Of a stretch of 39,646 bases of DNA, positions 9,349 through 19,203 are shown in pieces. Both the position numbers and the translations under genes were made by a program. Numbering within the stretch: position 1 is the first letter of the stretch; the number at the start of each line of letters is the position of its first letter. The DNA comes from an uncultured Gammaproteobacteria bacterium (lineage in GTDB: Bacteria; Patescibacteriota; Microgenomatia; UBA1406; GWC2-37-13), in the NCBI GenBank assembly GCA_964649995.1, contig CAZYRU010000001.1, positions 1 to 39,646 of the forward strand, read 5' to 3'. The notes beneath the pieces were generated by a model that had not been told where the DNA came from, did not search any database, and worked only from the letters and a program-made list of their open reading frames with translations.

Positions 9349-9915
9349 TTATTTTTTGCCAAAAATTATTTTATTGATAATAAAAATACTTAAAGCTACC
9401 GTAACTAAGCTAATACCAAGAAAACTAATAACACTACCTGAATTAACTCCTGAGGTAATCAAGGGCGCTCGCGTGGCAGTGGGATAGTTTGGTAGTGGTG
9501 TAGGGGTAGGAGTAGTAATTGGAACCAGAGTGCACAGTTCTGTTGAACCTGCTCCGGTAGCAATTATTTTAAATGTAATTAGAGCAAAAGTACCTGAGCC
9601 AGAATAACCACCGGTTTTATTACCACTAATAGTCAAGATACCAGAGGTATTTTCCGCTACCGTAACTGAATCTACTGTATTACCTGGAGTAGCACTAACA
9701 TATTGGAGATAGTTTTTGTCGTAGGTCATACCTACCTGAGCGGTGGTAATTGTTTCGCCGTTAGTGTTTATTTCAATAGTAAATTGGACATTATCGCCGG
9801 TTTTAAATACCGTGTCTGGAGCAATTAATTTATAACTAATAGCTGCTTGAGCTGTTGATGCAAAAAAGATAAAAAAAATAACAATAAACATTCCCCTTAC
9901 GAAGATGTTTCTCAT
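9349..9915 (-). CDS. membrane-anchored cohesin-domain protein
   Basis: Signal peptide (FFASTAQA). Cohesin-like beta-sandwich pattern: FKTGDNVQFTIEINTNGETITTAQVGMTYDKNYLQYVS...GSGTFALITFKIIATGAGSTEL. TPTPTP linker, C-terminal TM segment and a KK tail. Confidence 0.6.
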   Translation of the reverse strand: MRNIFVRGMFIVIFFIFFASTAQAAISYKLIAPDTVFKTGDNVQFTIEINTNGETITTAQVGMTYDKNYLQYVSATPGNTVDSVTVAENTSGILTISGNKTGGYSGSGTFALITFKIIATGAGSTELCTLVPITTPTPTPLPNYPTATRAPLITSGVNSGSVISFLGISLVTVALSIFIINKIIFGKK

Positions 9916-9966
9916 ATTTAGATGATAATATAATTTAATTTACTAAACAATAGCAATATTATTCTT

Positions 9967-10554
9967 TTAAAGAGGACAATTTTTCCATAAGCCTTTATTA
10001 TTTAAACGCGCTTCTTCTTGTTTTTGACGAAAGAGTGAGGCATATTTTACATCAGGAGGAAAAGTGGTGGCATAAGCATAACCTTCTTCTACTAGATATT
10101 GATTGATAAATAAGCCGCTGGTGGAACTGATTTGTTTTTGATCTGGTAAAAAGACATAACGTAGCAAGCGTTGATATTGATCGGTTTCGGACACATCTTT
10201 TTCCAATCGCACAGTCTTGCCTTCAACTAACTGGCGATTGATATTTTTAGCTTCTTCACCAAAACATTGTTTTGTTTTTTGCGGATGATGCAGTTCAGGA
10301 GTATTAATGCCAATATAGCGGACTTTTTGTCCGGAAGTTAATTCAATCGTATCCCCATCAATTACCTTTTTAACGGTTGCAAGCTGCGCTGAAGAGGTTG
10401 ATGCTATCTTAAGACTAATAGTAATTACAGGAGTAGGATTTTGGAGATTAATTTTGTGTTGAGGAGATTTTTTAGGCGGAATAAAGATGAGATTTAAAAT
10501 AATAATTAATAAAGCCGTTAGTGAATAAGTAAGTTTTTTACCCATCGTTAACAC
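9967..10554 (-). CDS. secreted thermonuclease (staphylococcal nuclease homologue)
   Basis: N-terminal TM/signal segment. SNase motifs VKKVIDGDTIELTSGQKVRYIGINTPE, QRLLRYVF, LVEEGYA and EEARLNNKGLW. Confidence 0.8.
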   Translation of the reverse strand: MLTMGKKLTYSLTALLIIILNLIFIPPKKSPQHKINLQNPTPVITISLKIASTSSAQLATVKKVIDGDTIELTSGQKVRYIGINTPELHHPQKTKQCFGEEAKNINRQLVEGKTVRLEKDVSETDQYQRLLRYVFLPDQKQISSTSGLFINQYLVEEGYAYATTFPPDVKYASLFRQKQEEARLNNKGLWKNCPL

Positions 10555-10628
10555 TTATTGTACTTTATTTTTAGTAATTGGAGTTTTAGTAAGAAAGAAT
10601 TTGGTAAAATAGGATAAATAAAAAATTT

Positions 10629-10702
10629 CGGAGTGTAGTTCAGATGGCTAGAACGTACGCTTTGGGAGCGTAAGGTCGCCAGTTCAAGTCTGGCCACTCC
10701 GA
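10629..10702 (+). tRNA. tRNA-Pro (anticodon UGG)
   Basis: Hand-folded 74-nt cloverleaf. Acceptor CGGAGTG/CACTCCG, D stem GTTC/GAAC, anticodon stem TACGC/GCGTA with loop TTTGGGA, T arm GCCAG-TTCAAGT-CTGGC, discriminator A. No encoded CCA. Confidence 0.9.
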
Positions 10703-10732
10703 CATCTTTAATAAAAGATTACCCTAACAATA

Positions 10733-12415
10733 ATGGCCAGGATTATTTTTTTTATCTCCCTATTTTTTCTTTTTACTGTTTTTCCGGTGATAGCGGAAGA
10801 AAATTCTTGGCCCAATAATAAATTTGGTATCCATCTTGCCCAGCCTAATGAAGATGATATTCGGCAAGCGGCAGAGTTGGTTAACAGCAGTGGTGGTGAT
10901 TGGGGTTATCTTACTTTAGTTATTCAGGAAAATGACCGTGATTTGGCCAAATGGCAGAGCGTGATGGATCAGTTAAGAAAACATCATTTAATTCCGATTA
11001 TTCGTTTAGCTACTCAACCTCAGGGAAAAAATTGGCGTCGACCGGCTCAGTCAGAAGCGCGAGAATGGGCTAATTTTCTTGATAGTCTCAATTGGGTGAT
11101 CAAAGATCGTTATGTCATTTTATTTAATGAGCCTAATCATGCTCGAGAGTGGGGAGGCAAGGTAGATAGTGATAGTTATGCTCAGGTAGCTTTAGCTTTT
11201 GCTAAGGAGCTCAAAGCTAAAAGTGCCGATTTTGTAGTAATGCTGGCAGGTTTTGATTCTTCTGCTCCCTCTTACAAAGAGGAATTTGAGGATGAAGCTA
11301 TCTTTTTACGTCAGCTTTTGGCAAAAATTTCTTCCTCTGAATTTGAACAATTATTTTCTGCTTGGGCCTCGCATGCTTATCCTAATCCAGATTTTTCCGG
11401 CAGTCCTTGGGATAACGGCAGGTGGTCTATTAAAAGTTATCAATGGGAATTGGAATGGTTAAAAGAGTTGGGGGTAACTAAACCATTACCAGTTTTTATT
11501 ACTGAAACAGGTTGGAGTTCTAAGAGTCTTACTTATGAGCAAATAGCCAGTTATTTTGAGACAGCTTATCTTAATATTTGGCTACCTGATAGCCGAGTAA
11601 GAGCGGTAACACCATTTGTTTTTAATTATCAACAGGAGCCTTTTCTTCAGTTTTCTTGGAAGAAATATCAAGTCGATGATTTTTATCCGCAGTATGCAAG
11701 AATAAAGAATTTGCCTAAAATAAAAGGCGAGCCAGAGATTAAAGAAAACGGTCAGTTTAATTTTGATTTTCCTCAGGAGTTGGTAGAACAATCATTCTAT
11801 CATTTTAAAATTAATCTGACTAATCTCGGTCAGGGATATTGGGATAAATCAAGCGGTTATCAGCTAAAGCTGAGTAATTATCAAGGAGAATATCTTATTT
11901 CAGATATTTCTAATTTAACACCTCATAGCCAGCAGATCTTAGATCTTTTTTTAAAGACCAACACTTTGGGGGAAAATAAAACTAGCTTAGTATTAACCAA
12001 AAACAATAAGACAATCTTAACAAAAAATTGGCATTATCAGGTGATGCCTTTGCCTAATTTAGAGTTTATAGTGAGTTTTTTGCCAAAGATGAATGCCAAT
12101 GGAGATGATTTGGAAATTCAAATTTTTGATTCCCGAGAGAATCTAGTTTTTTTTAAAAACAAAATTAGTCTCAAACAGAGTAAGGCCGAAGTAAAACACA
12201 TTCAAAATATTCTTTTGGGTCAGAGATACCGAATAGTACTCCTAAGGCCTTATTATTTACCTCGGCAGGCTTATTTAATTTTTCGTCAAACCGGCAATCG
12301 GATAGTTTTTAAAACTATGCTGCCTCTTGATTTTAATCTAGATGGCAAATTTTCTTGGGAGGATGGAGTTAGCCTGTTAAAGCATCCTCAGTATTGGTAT
12401 TATTGGTGGCCGTAA
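10733..12415 (+). CDS. secreted clan GH-A type glycoside hydrolase with C-terminal dockerin-like Ca-binding repeat
   Basis: Signal peptide. ILFNEPNH (acid/base Glu context) and FITETGW (nucleophile Glu context) are typical of (beta/alpha)8 clan GH-A. The C-terminus DFNLDGKFSWEDGVSLL fits the dockerin/EF-hand loop DxNxDGxxxxxD. Confidence 0.6.
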   Translation: MARIIFFISLFFLFTVFPVIAEENSWPNNKFGIHLAQPNEDDIRQAAELVNSSGGDWGYLTLVIQENDRDLAKWQSVMDQLRKHHLIPIIRLATQPQGKNWRRPAQSEAREWANFLDSLNWVIKDRYVILFNEPNHAREWGGKVDSDSYAQVALAFAKELKAKSADFVVMLAGFDSSAPSYKEEFEDEAIFLRQLLAKISSSEFEQLFSAWASHAYPNPDFSGSPWDNGRWSIKSYQWELEWLKELGVTKPLPVFITETGWSSKSLTYEQIASYFETAYLNIWLPDSRVRAVTPFVFNYQQEPFLQFSWKKYQVDDFYPQYARIKNLPKIKGEPEIKENGQFNFDFPQELVEQSFYHFKINLTNLGQGYWDKSSGYQLKLSNYQGEYLISDISNLTPHSQQILDLFLKTNTLGENKTSLVLTKNNKTILTKNWHYQVMPLPNLEFIVSFLPKMNANGDDLEIQIFDSRENLVFFKNKISLKQSKAEVKHIQNILLGQRYRIVLLRPYYLPRQAYLIFRQTGNRIVFKTMLPLDFNLDGKFSWEDGVSLLKHPQYWYYWWP

Positions 12416-13061
12416 TTTGGCGTAGATAATTAACTTTATCCTCTAGTTGATCAAGTTTGGTAAGGTAACTACCAATACATAAAATATCTGGTTTATGTTG
12501 ACGTTCTAAAATTAGTTTTAAACTTTTTTCATTAATCCCGCCATCTAATAGGATTAAATTCCTATAGCCTAAATAACGCAGCTGTTCAATTTTATTGAGC
12601 ATATTAGGAATAAATTCTCCTCCTTGAAAGCCAGGAATAACAGTCATAATTTGGATAGCGGGAATTTGAGCAAGATTATATCTTTCTTTAAGATCGACAA
12701 TCTGATCATTAGGATTCAGTACTAATCCATAGGGAGGTACAGTAATGTTTGGGTTTGTCTCAAGAGAAGCAAGATGAAGCAATAAATATCTTACTGGAAT
12801 GATTTTTTTTAGTTGTTCAATTTTGCGAATTTCTGGCCCTATATCTTTTACCATTAAATGAAAATCAAAGCCAAGCTGGTTTTCTTTTAGAGGATATTGA
12901 TTAAAAAAAATCAGTAGATCTTCGAGCTGAAGGGTACGATTAGCGGCTAGTTCGCCGTCGGCAATATCAATTTGAAAATAATTAAAATAACGGCTCAGTG
13001 TTTTAAGCTGAAGATCAAATTCTGTTATTGATTGGTTAAGTAGAGTGGGAACAATTTGCAT
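12369..13061 (-). CDS. rpe: ribulose-phosphate 3-epimerase-like protein
   Basis: QIVPTLL, FQIDIADG, FDFHLMV and LLDGGIN motifs of the RPE TIM barrel. The 3' end overlaps the convergent hydrolase gene by 47 nt. Confidence 0.7.
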   Translation of the reverse strand: MQIVPTLLNQSITEFDLQLKTLSRYFNYFQIDIADGELAANRTLQLEDLLIFFNQYPLKENQLGFDFHLMVKDIGPEIRKIEQLKKIIPVRYLLLHLASLETNPNITVPPYGLVLNPNDQIVDLKERYNLAQIPAIQIMTVIPGFQGGEFIPNMLNKIEQLRYLGYRNLILLDGGINEKSLKLILERQHKPDILCIGSYLTKLDQLEDKVNYLRQITATNNTNTEDALTG

Positions 13062-13167
13062 AAATTTATTATAACTGTTTTTATTTAGTTTTAAACCGCT
13101 ATTTAATTAGTTTTGTAGATCATAGACAGCAGACAAGAGCATGATTTTTTTATATTTCTAATAATGT

Positions 13168-14256
13168 ATGGAGATTTATTATTATTTAGCATTTTCCTAT
13201 TGTTTGGGAATTGGGCCATGTAAATTTAAAAATTTAAAGCAGAGATTTTCCAATATTAGGGCTGCTTACGAAGCCGATAAGGCTAGTTTGCTGCCAATAT
13301 TAGGAGAAAAATTAACCGCTAATTTTTTGAGGTTTAGAAATTCTTTTAACCCTAAGAAAGAACTACTTAAGCTTAATCAATTAAAAATCAGAGTAATTAC
13401 TCAGGCAGATCCACTTTTTCCTTCTAATTTGCTACAAATTCCTGATCCGCCAATCTGTCTTTATGTTAAAGGAGAAATTGAGGCTTATGATTTTGGTCGC
13501 GATTTATTCATGGCAGTAGTGGGTACTCGTACTCCTACTTTTTATGGACAACAAATTACTCAAACTTTGGTTAAGGATTTAGTGAGTCAACAGATAGTGA
13601 TTGTTTCGGGGTTAGCATTAGGGATTGATGCAATAGCTCATTTAACTGCGTTGGAAAATAATGGTCGCACGATTGCAGTTTTAGGTTGTGGTGTGAATAT
13701 AATTTATCCAGCAGAAAATTTTCATCTTTATGAAAGAATTTGTCAGTTTAAGGGTTTAATTATCTCTGAGTTTCCTGCAGCTATGCCAGTAGCTAAAGGT
13801 TTATTTGTTGCCCGCAATCGTTTAATTTCCGGTTTGGCGCAGGGAGTGTTGGTAATTGAAGGAAGTGAGCGTTCCGGTAGTTTAATTACTGCTGATTATG
13901 CTGGCAGGCAGGGGAAGGATGTCTTTGCTGTACCGGCGCCGATTAATTCAAAAATGGCGCAGGCACCTAATTTGTTGCTTAAACAAGGCGCGAAGTTAGT
14001 AACCTGTATTCAGGATATTTTGGAGGAGTATAATCGATCATTAATACCTCAAACTCCTACAGCCAAGATTTTACCTGATCTTTCGCCTGAGGAGAAGGTA
14101 ATCTACACTTTGTTACAAAATTATCCACTTACTGTCAATGATTTGGCTAATAAAGCCAAATTAGATTTACAATTAATTTTAAAACTTCTCTCATTTTTAG
14201 AGTTAAAAGGAATAATTGCTAAAAATAAAATCGGCAAATATTATCTTTGTGATTAA
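13168..14256 (+). CDS. dprA: DNA-processing protein DprA (Smf)
   Basis: VVGTRTPTFYGQQ, SGLALGIDAIAH, VLGCGVNIIYPAEN and ARNRLISGLA motifs, plus a C-terminal winged-helix region. Confidence 0.85.
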   Translation: MEIYYYLAFSYCLGIGPCKFKNLKQRFSNIRAAYEADKASLLPILGEKLTANFLRFRNSFNPKKELLKLNQLKIRVITQADPLFPSNLLQIPDPPICLYVKGEIEAYDFGRDLFMAVVGTRTPTFYGQQITQTLVKDLVSQQIVIVSGLALGIDAIAHLTALENNGRTIAVLGCGVNIIYPAENFHLYERICQFKGLIISEFPAAMPVAKGLFVARNRLISGLAQGVLVIEGSERSGSLITADYAGRQGKDVFAVPAPINSKMAQAPNLLLKQGAKLVTCIQDILEEYNRSLIPQTPTAKILPDLSPEEKVIYTLLQNYPLTVNDLANKAKLDLQLILKLLSFLELKGIIAKNKIGKYYLCD

Positions 14257-14693
14257 ATTTGATCAAGTTTTGCAAGACGGCGGAGATATTTTTCTTCTGT
14301 TTTGCCTGGAGTGGTAATAAAGGCGTCAACAATTTTTTTAGCTTGGTCAAAATCAAGATGGTCTGCCGGTAAAGCAAGCATATTAATATGGTCATCAGCG
14401 CGTGCCTGTTTAATTTGCTCTTCGCTGAATCCTAAAGCACAATAAATTCCCCGAAAGCGATTGGCTGCTACTGTAACACCAACGCCTGAGCCGCAAATTA
14501 CAATGCCTAATGCCTCATTAGGCGCCTGTTGGATGGCTTGAGCGACTTTTTGGGCAAAATCAGGGTAGTCATCTTGGGGGTCATATTGATAACTGCCAAA
14601 ATCTTGGATGCGGATATTTTTTTCCTGTAGATACTCCACTAATTTATTTTTCAGCTCTAACCCACGGTGGTCAGCGCCGAAAAAGATATTCAT
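14253..14693 (-). CDS. rpiB: ribose-5-phosphate isomerase B
   Basis: IFFGADHRGLELKNKLVEYL and ICGSGVGVTVAANR are RpiB/LacAB signatures. 146 aa. Confidence 0.85.
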   Translation of the reverse strand: MNIFFGADHRGLELKNKLVEYLQEKNIRIQDFGSYQYDPQDDYPDFAQKVAQAIQQAPNEALGIVICGSGVGVTVAANRFRGIYCALGFSEEQIKQARADDHINMLALPADHLDFDQAKKIVDAFITTPGKTEEKYLRRLAKLDQI

Positions 14694-14770
14694 AAATTAA
14701 AGTATAACATAAAAATTTTTTATCGTAAGAGTTTAAGTAGTTAATAATTTTTTTAGGTTAAAATTAAGAT

Positions 14771-15565
14771 ATGGTTGATACTCACTGTCATTTAAATTTT
14801 TCTGTATTTGACAAAAATTTAGAGACAATAGTTAATAAAGCTCGTGTAGTTGGGGTTAATCAAATAGTGGTGCCTTCCACTAATCTTAATGATGCATATC
14901 AAGCAGTAGCTATTGCCCAAAGATATCCTGAAGTTTATGCGGCTGTAGGCATTCACCCGCTGTCTTTACTCTCTGTTGGTACAAAATTTATTTTGCCAAT
15001 AGATGAACTTAAGAGATTATTAACTGAACCTAAAGTGGTGGCAGTGGGTGAGGTGGGTTTGGACCGGAAAGAAAATCCTACTAGCGATATTTTTTGTTGT
15101 CAAAAAATCAGCTTGAAGACTCAGATTAATTTGGCGGCATCATATAATAAAAGTTTAATTCTACACAGCCGTCAGGGGAGTAAAGAGCTCCTTAAGCTAT
15201 TGCGGGCTAATTGGAATAAAAATCTGGCTGGTCGGACAGTTTTTCATTGCTGTGAAAGCGAAACAGTACTATTGACTTTTGCCAAAAAACATCATATTTA
15301 TTTAGGAGTAGATGGTGATATTACCTTTTCACCTGTAAAACAGCACTTTTTTAAACTTGTTCCCTTAGAATTATTGGTGTTAGAGACAGATTCTCCTTTC
15401 CTTTTGCCTGAACCTTTAAGAGCAAAAAAACTTTATCCTAATGAGCCGGCTAATTTAATTTTTATCGCTAAGAAGGTAGCGGAGATATTAAATCTTACTT
15501 TAAATCAAGTTATAAAGGTAACAACGATTAATGCTCGCCGTCTTTTTAATTTACCAAAGGACTAG
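14771..15565 (+). CDS. tatD: TatD-family metal-dependent hydrolase/DNase
   Basis: MVDTHCHLNF start, GIHP, GEVGLD, ILHSR and LVLETDSPFL motifs. Confidence 0.85.
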   Translation: MVDTHCHLNFSVFDKNLETIVNKARVVGVNQIVVPSTNLNDAYQAVAIAQRYPEVYAAVGIHPLSLLSVGTKFILPIDELKRLLTEPKVVAVGEVGLDRKENPTSDIFCCQKISLKTQINLAASYNKSLILHSRQGSKELLKLLRANWNKNLAGRTVFHCCESETVLLTFAKKHHIYLGVDGDITFSPVKQHFFKLVPLELLVLETDSPFLLPEPLRAKKLYPNEPANLIFIAKKVAEILNLTLNQVIKVTTINARRLFNLPKD

Positions 15566-16132
15566 AGAGAGAATAATGGCAATAATTAAGCCTGTTTCAT
15601 AGTTATTTAATTCTTTGCCGATGATGCCTCCGAGGGTAAAAAAACCTATTAACATAAACAATTTAAACTGTCCTTTAATTCCAATTGCAAAGTAAATAAC
15701 TGTTAGATAAATTAAGGAAATAGTAATATAAATAAACAATTGATCAGTTGCTTGGGTTGATAAGGAAGCAGAGATAGAGGCGGTAAGTAGTGATTGAGTG
15801 GGAGAAGGAGTGGATGAACGAGATGCAGTAGGAGTATTAGCTACCGGAATACCGCAGGCATTATTAGGTAAGGTATCCTCACAAAGATTATCTGCTACTC
15901 TCTCCATTACACAATGGCCAGATTTGGCACAAGCACCAGTAAATCTGCCGCATTTATAACTGCAACCGCGGCCATTATTATACATATTTCTAATTTGTCC
16001 AGCGCGGTCAGCACAACCTCGTGGGCCCGGGGTGCAGCCATCTTGCGCCTCAACCATTTTAGGCATGATTAGTACAAGAAAGTTTAATAGCAGCGTGAAA
16101 AAAATTATTTTTTTCATAAATTCTGAAAACAA
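15551..16132 (-). CDS. hypothetical secreted Cys-rich protein with C-terminal TM helices
   Basis: Signal peptide (MPKMVEAQ), a 10-Cys module (CTPGPRGCADRAG...CSYKCGRFTGACAKSGHC...), a Ser/Thr linker and 3 predicted TM helices. 19-nt overlap with the upstream GT4 gene suggests an operon. Confidence 0.5.
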   Translation of the reverse strand: MFSEFMKKIIFFTLLLNFLVLIMPKMVEAQDGCTPGPRGCADRAGQIRNMYNNGRGCSYKCGRFTGACAKSGHCVMERVADNLCEDTLPNNACGIPVANTPTASRSSTPSPTQSLLTASISASLSTQATDQLFIYITISLIYLTVIYFAIGIKGQFKLFMLIGFFTLGGIIGKELNNYETGLIIAIILSLVLW

Positions 16133-17097
16133 TTAAACCATTGTTTTTTGAAATTATTCGGGCTAAAACGGGATAAATCTGTGGTTGAAAGCGATATTAA
16201 AGAATCAGCCTTAAAAATTGCCTGAGCAATCGCCTGAGGATCATTTTGATTGACATAAAGAGCTGTATTTCCAGCTATTTCTCGAAAAAGCGGAATATCT
16301 GCCAAAATTGAAGGACAGTGTTGAGATAAAGCTTCCAGATAAGAGAAACCAAATCCTTCATCATGCGAAAGTAGAAGGTTAATGCTGGCTTGTTGGTAAA
16401 GTTCAATTAATGCTTCATCACTTACAAATCCTTTAAGAACAAAACGGGAATCTGCCTGGATTAGCTGAAAAAAAGTGTGCAATTCTTTTTGCCAAGGATG
16501 ATTTAAGGATTGATGGTGGCTAAAGACTTTACCAACAAGTAAACATTTTTTATTACTTAATTTAATTGCTTTGGCAAGATTGACTAAATTTTTATTCCAG
16601 GTGCCATCACCTACATATAGACAGTAATTAGCAGACTTTTTATGAGAGTTATTTTTCTGCCAAAAAATTTTAGGTAGAGTAGGATAAATAACCTTGATTT
16701 TAGTCGGAGGGATCTGCAGCAATTGTATTAGATCTTGTTTTACTGTGTGTGAATCAGTGATAATCAAATCATAATATTGGTTTAAGGCTAATTTATTAAC
16801 CATCATCTTAATTTTGCCTTTAAATCCGAGAGGGAAATGTTGGGGGAATTTAAGCGGAATAAGATCATGAATAACAGCAATTTGTTTTTTTGCCACCTTC
16901 TTGAGTAAAAAGCGAGAATTAAGAAAATTAAAAAAAGGATGAACCAAGATGGAGTCATAAGCAATATCTTTACCATTAGTAAAAATTACTGCAGAGGCGA
17001 GGTTTTCCTTCATTATTTGCAGATACCGGCCAATACCGCGTACCTGACTTTGGGAGTCAGAAAGAGTGGGATCAAAAACATAAATTTTATTTATCAT
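16114..17097 (-). CDS. GT4-family (GT-B fold) glycosyltransferase
   Basis: C-terminal EGFGFSYLEALSQHCPSILADIPLFREI matches the E-x7-E glycosyltransferase group 1 motif. Confidence 0.75.
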   Translation of the reverse strand: MINKIYVFDPTLSDSQSQVRGIGRYLQIMKENLASAVIFTNGKDIAYDSILVHPFFNFLNSRFLLKKVAKKQIAVIHDLIPLKFPQHFPLGFKGKIKMMVNKLALNQYYDLIITDSHTVKQDLIQLLQIPPTKIKVIYPTLPKIFWQKNNSHKKSANYCLYVGDGTWNKNLVNLAKAIKLSNKKCLLVGKVFSHHQSLNHPWQKELHTFFQLIQADSRFVLKGFVSDEALIELYQQASINLLLSHDEGFGFSYLEALSQHCPSILADIPLFREIAGNTALYVNQNDPQAIAQAIFKADSLISLSTTDLSRFSPNNFKKQWFNCFQNL

Positions 17098-17164
17098 TAC
17101 TATCTTTTATTGTAGCAAAATGTTTTATTGAAAATAAAAAGAGAGTTTACTACAATGAGTCAAT

Positions 17165-17704
17165 ATGATTTTAGGACCAAAAATTCTACTTCAATTAGTC
17201 AGGGAAAAGAAGTTGGTTGAGGGATTGGATAAGAGAGAGTTAACTGCGCCTGAAGGAGCGGGATTTGATCTACGTCTGGGTGAAATTTATCAGATTTCCG
17301 GCAGGGCATTTTTGGGGAGAGAAGAAAGAGAAACACCGCAAATAAAGCTTATTGCCAAATACCAAGTAAGCAAACGTCAGACTATTACTCTTGCTCCGGG
17401 AGATTTTTATTTAGCTACTACCATCGAAACCGTAAATACGCCGTTGAATTTAACGATTAACTTTAAGCCGCGTACCACCACTTTTAGAAGCGGTTTATTT
17501 TTAAGAACAGGGAATGTGGCGCCTGGCTATTGTGGAAAATTAACCTTTGCTCTTAAGAATGAGGGCCCGGTGCCGGTGGAGTTAGAACTAGGCTGTCGGA
17601 TTGTGCATGCTCAGTTTGAGTGGGTTGATGGCGGTGGTAGTCAATACCGAGGACAATGGCAAGGAGGAAGGGTGACAACCCAAACACGTGAAAAGCAGGT
17701 TTAA
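17165..17704 (+). CDS. dcd: dCTP deaminase/dUTPase-superfamily protein
   Basis: GFDLRLGEIY and an overall length of about 180 aa fit the trimeric dUTPase-like Dcd family. Lies directly upstream of thyA-folA. Confidence 0.6.
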   Translation: MILGPKILLQLVREKKLVEGLDKRELTAPEGAGFDLRLGEIYQISGRAFLGREERETPQIKLIAKYQVSKRQTITLAPGDFYLATTIETVNTPLNLTINFKPRTTTFRSGLFLRTGNVAPGYCGKLTFALKNEGPVPVELELGCRIVHAQFEWVDGGGSQYRGQWQGGRVTTQTREKQV

Positions 17705-17736
17705 AATTAATCCCTAATTTTTTCTATATTAAATTT

Positions 17737-18714
17737 ATGGTTATGGCAAAAACCCATCCGGAATATCAATACTTAAATCTGTTGCAGGAAGTATTGGAAA
17801 AAGGAGTGCGTAAGGTGGATCGTGGTACAGGTGATGCCTCTTTTAGTCTTTTTGGGCGTCAACTACGGTTTGATCTTACCCAAGGTTTTCCTTTATTAAC
17901 GACAAAAAAGGTTTATTGGAAAGGGGTATTATATGAACTTTATTGGTTTTTATCCGGTCAATCAAATATTAAATATCTAGTTGATCATGATGTACATATT
18001 TGGGATGACTATCCTTATAAAATTTATAAGCTTAAAGTTGGTAAGAGTCGTCCACAAAAAAAACAGGCTTTTTTAACAAAAGAGGAATTTATTGCTAAAA
18101 TTCGCTCTGATTGTCAATTTGCCAAAAAATGGGGAAATTTGCCTAAAATCTATGGCGAATTATGGCGGAAATGGCCTACTAGAACAAAAAGAACTATCGA
18201 TCAACTCCAATGGGCAATTAACGAAATTAAAGATGACCCCGACTGTCATAATGCCTTAGTAACTGCGTGGAATCCGGAATATCTTTATACGATGGCAAAA
18301 TATCAAGACACTTCGCATTTTCCTATTTGTCATAACTTGTTTCAACTTAATGTCATTGCTGGCAAAATCTCACTTCAACTTTATCAGCGTAGCGCTGATT
18401 TGTTTTTAGGCGTACCATTTAATATTGCTAGTTATTCACTACTTACATTAATTATTGCCAAACTTACTGGTTATGCGCCGGGAGAGTTTATTCATACTTT
18501 TGGCGATGTTCATATTTATGAAAACCATTATCAACAAGCAAAAGAACAACTAACTAGAGAACCAAGATCGCTTCCTCAAGTTAGTTTTAAGGGTAAATTT
18601 AAATCATTGCATGAGTTTAAACCGGAGATGGTAATACTGAAAAATTATTTTCCGCATCCTCCGATTAAAGCGCCATTATCTGTTTCTGGTGGTTATTACC
18701 AAAAACATGATTAA
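17737..18714 (+). CDS. thyA: thymidylate synthase ThyA (long form with insertion)
   Basis: DRGTGDASFSLFGRQLRFDL, PICHNLFQLNV (catalytic Cys) and LYQRSADLFLGVPFNIASYSLLT. An insert of about 50 aa resembles that of long ThyA forms. Confidence 0.9.
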   Translation: MVMAKTHPEYQYLNLLQEVLEKGVRKVDRGTGDASFSLFGRQLRFDLTQGFPLLTTKKVYWKGVLYELYWFLSGQSNIKYLVDHDVHIWDDYPYKIYKLKVGKSRPQKKQAFLTKEEFIAKIRSDCQFAKKWGNLPKIYGELWRKWPTRTKRTIDQLQWAINEIKDDPDCHNALVTAWNPEYLYTMAKYQDTSHFPICHNLFQLNVIAGKISLQLYQRSADLFLGVPFNIASYSLLTLIIAKLTGYAPGEFIHTFGDVHIYENHYQQAKEQLTREPRSLPQVSFKGKFKSLHEFKPEMVILKNYFPHPPIKAPLSVSGGYYQKHD

Positions 18715-19183
18715 TATTATTGCTGCTATTGGTAAACGGCGGGAATTAGGGAAAGATAATCGACTGCTTTGGCATCTGCCTCAGGACTTAGCCAGATTTA
18801 AAAGACTTACTTTAGATCAAGTAGTGATTATGGGGAGAAAGACTTATGAGTCAATTGGTAAACCTTTACCCAATCGATTAAATATTGTTATTACCCATAG
18901 AAAGGATTATTATGCCAACGGTTGTTGGATAGTTGCTAAACTTGATCAGGCGCTAGCCCTAGCTCAAGAGAAGGCGCCTAATAAAGAAATTTTTTTAATT
19001 GGCGGCGGTCAGCTTTATCAGCAAGGTATTGCTTATGCCCAAAAGCTTTATCTCACCTTAGTTGATGGCGAATTTGAAGCCGATACTTTTTTTCCAGATT
19101 ATTCTGCTTTTAAAAAAATAGTAGCTCAGGAAGAAGGAGAAGATAATGGTTATCACTATAAATTTATTGAATTGGAACGATAA
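18707..19183 (+). CDS. folA: dihydrofolate reductase
   Basis: MINIIAAIGKRRELGKDNRLLWHLPQDLARFKRLT, VIMGRKTYESIG and FLIGGGQLY. ATG 18707 overlaps the thyA stop (ATGATTAA). The ORF track opens at GTG 18689. Confidence 0.85.
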   Translation: MINIIAAIGKRRELGKDNRLLWHLPQDLARFKRLTLDQVVIMGRKTYESIGKPLPNRLNIVITHRKDYYANGCWIVAKLDQALALAQEKAPNKEIFLIGGGQLYQQGIAYAQKLYLTLVDGEFEADTFFPDYSAFKKIVAQEEGEDNGYHYKFIELER

Positions 19184-19203
19184 ATTCTTCTTTAAAAACA
19201 CTC

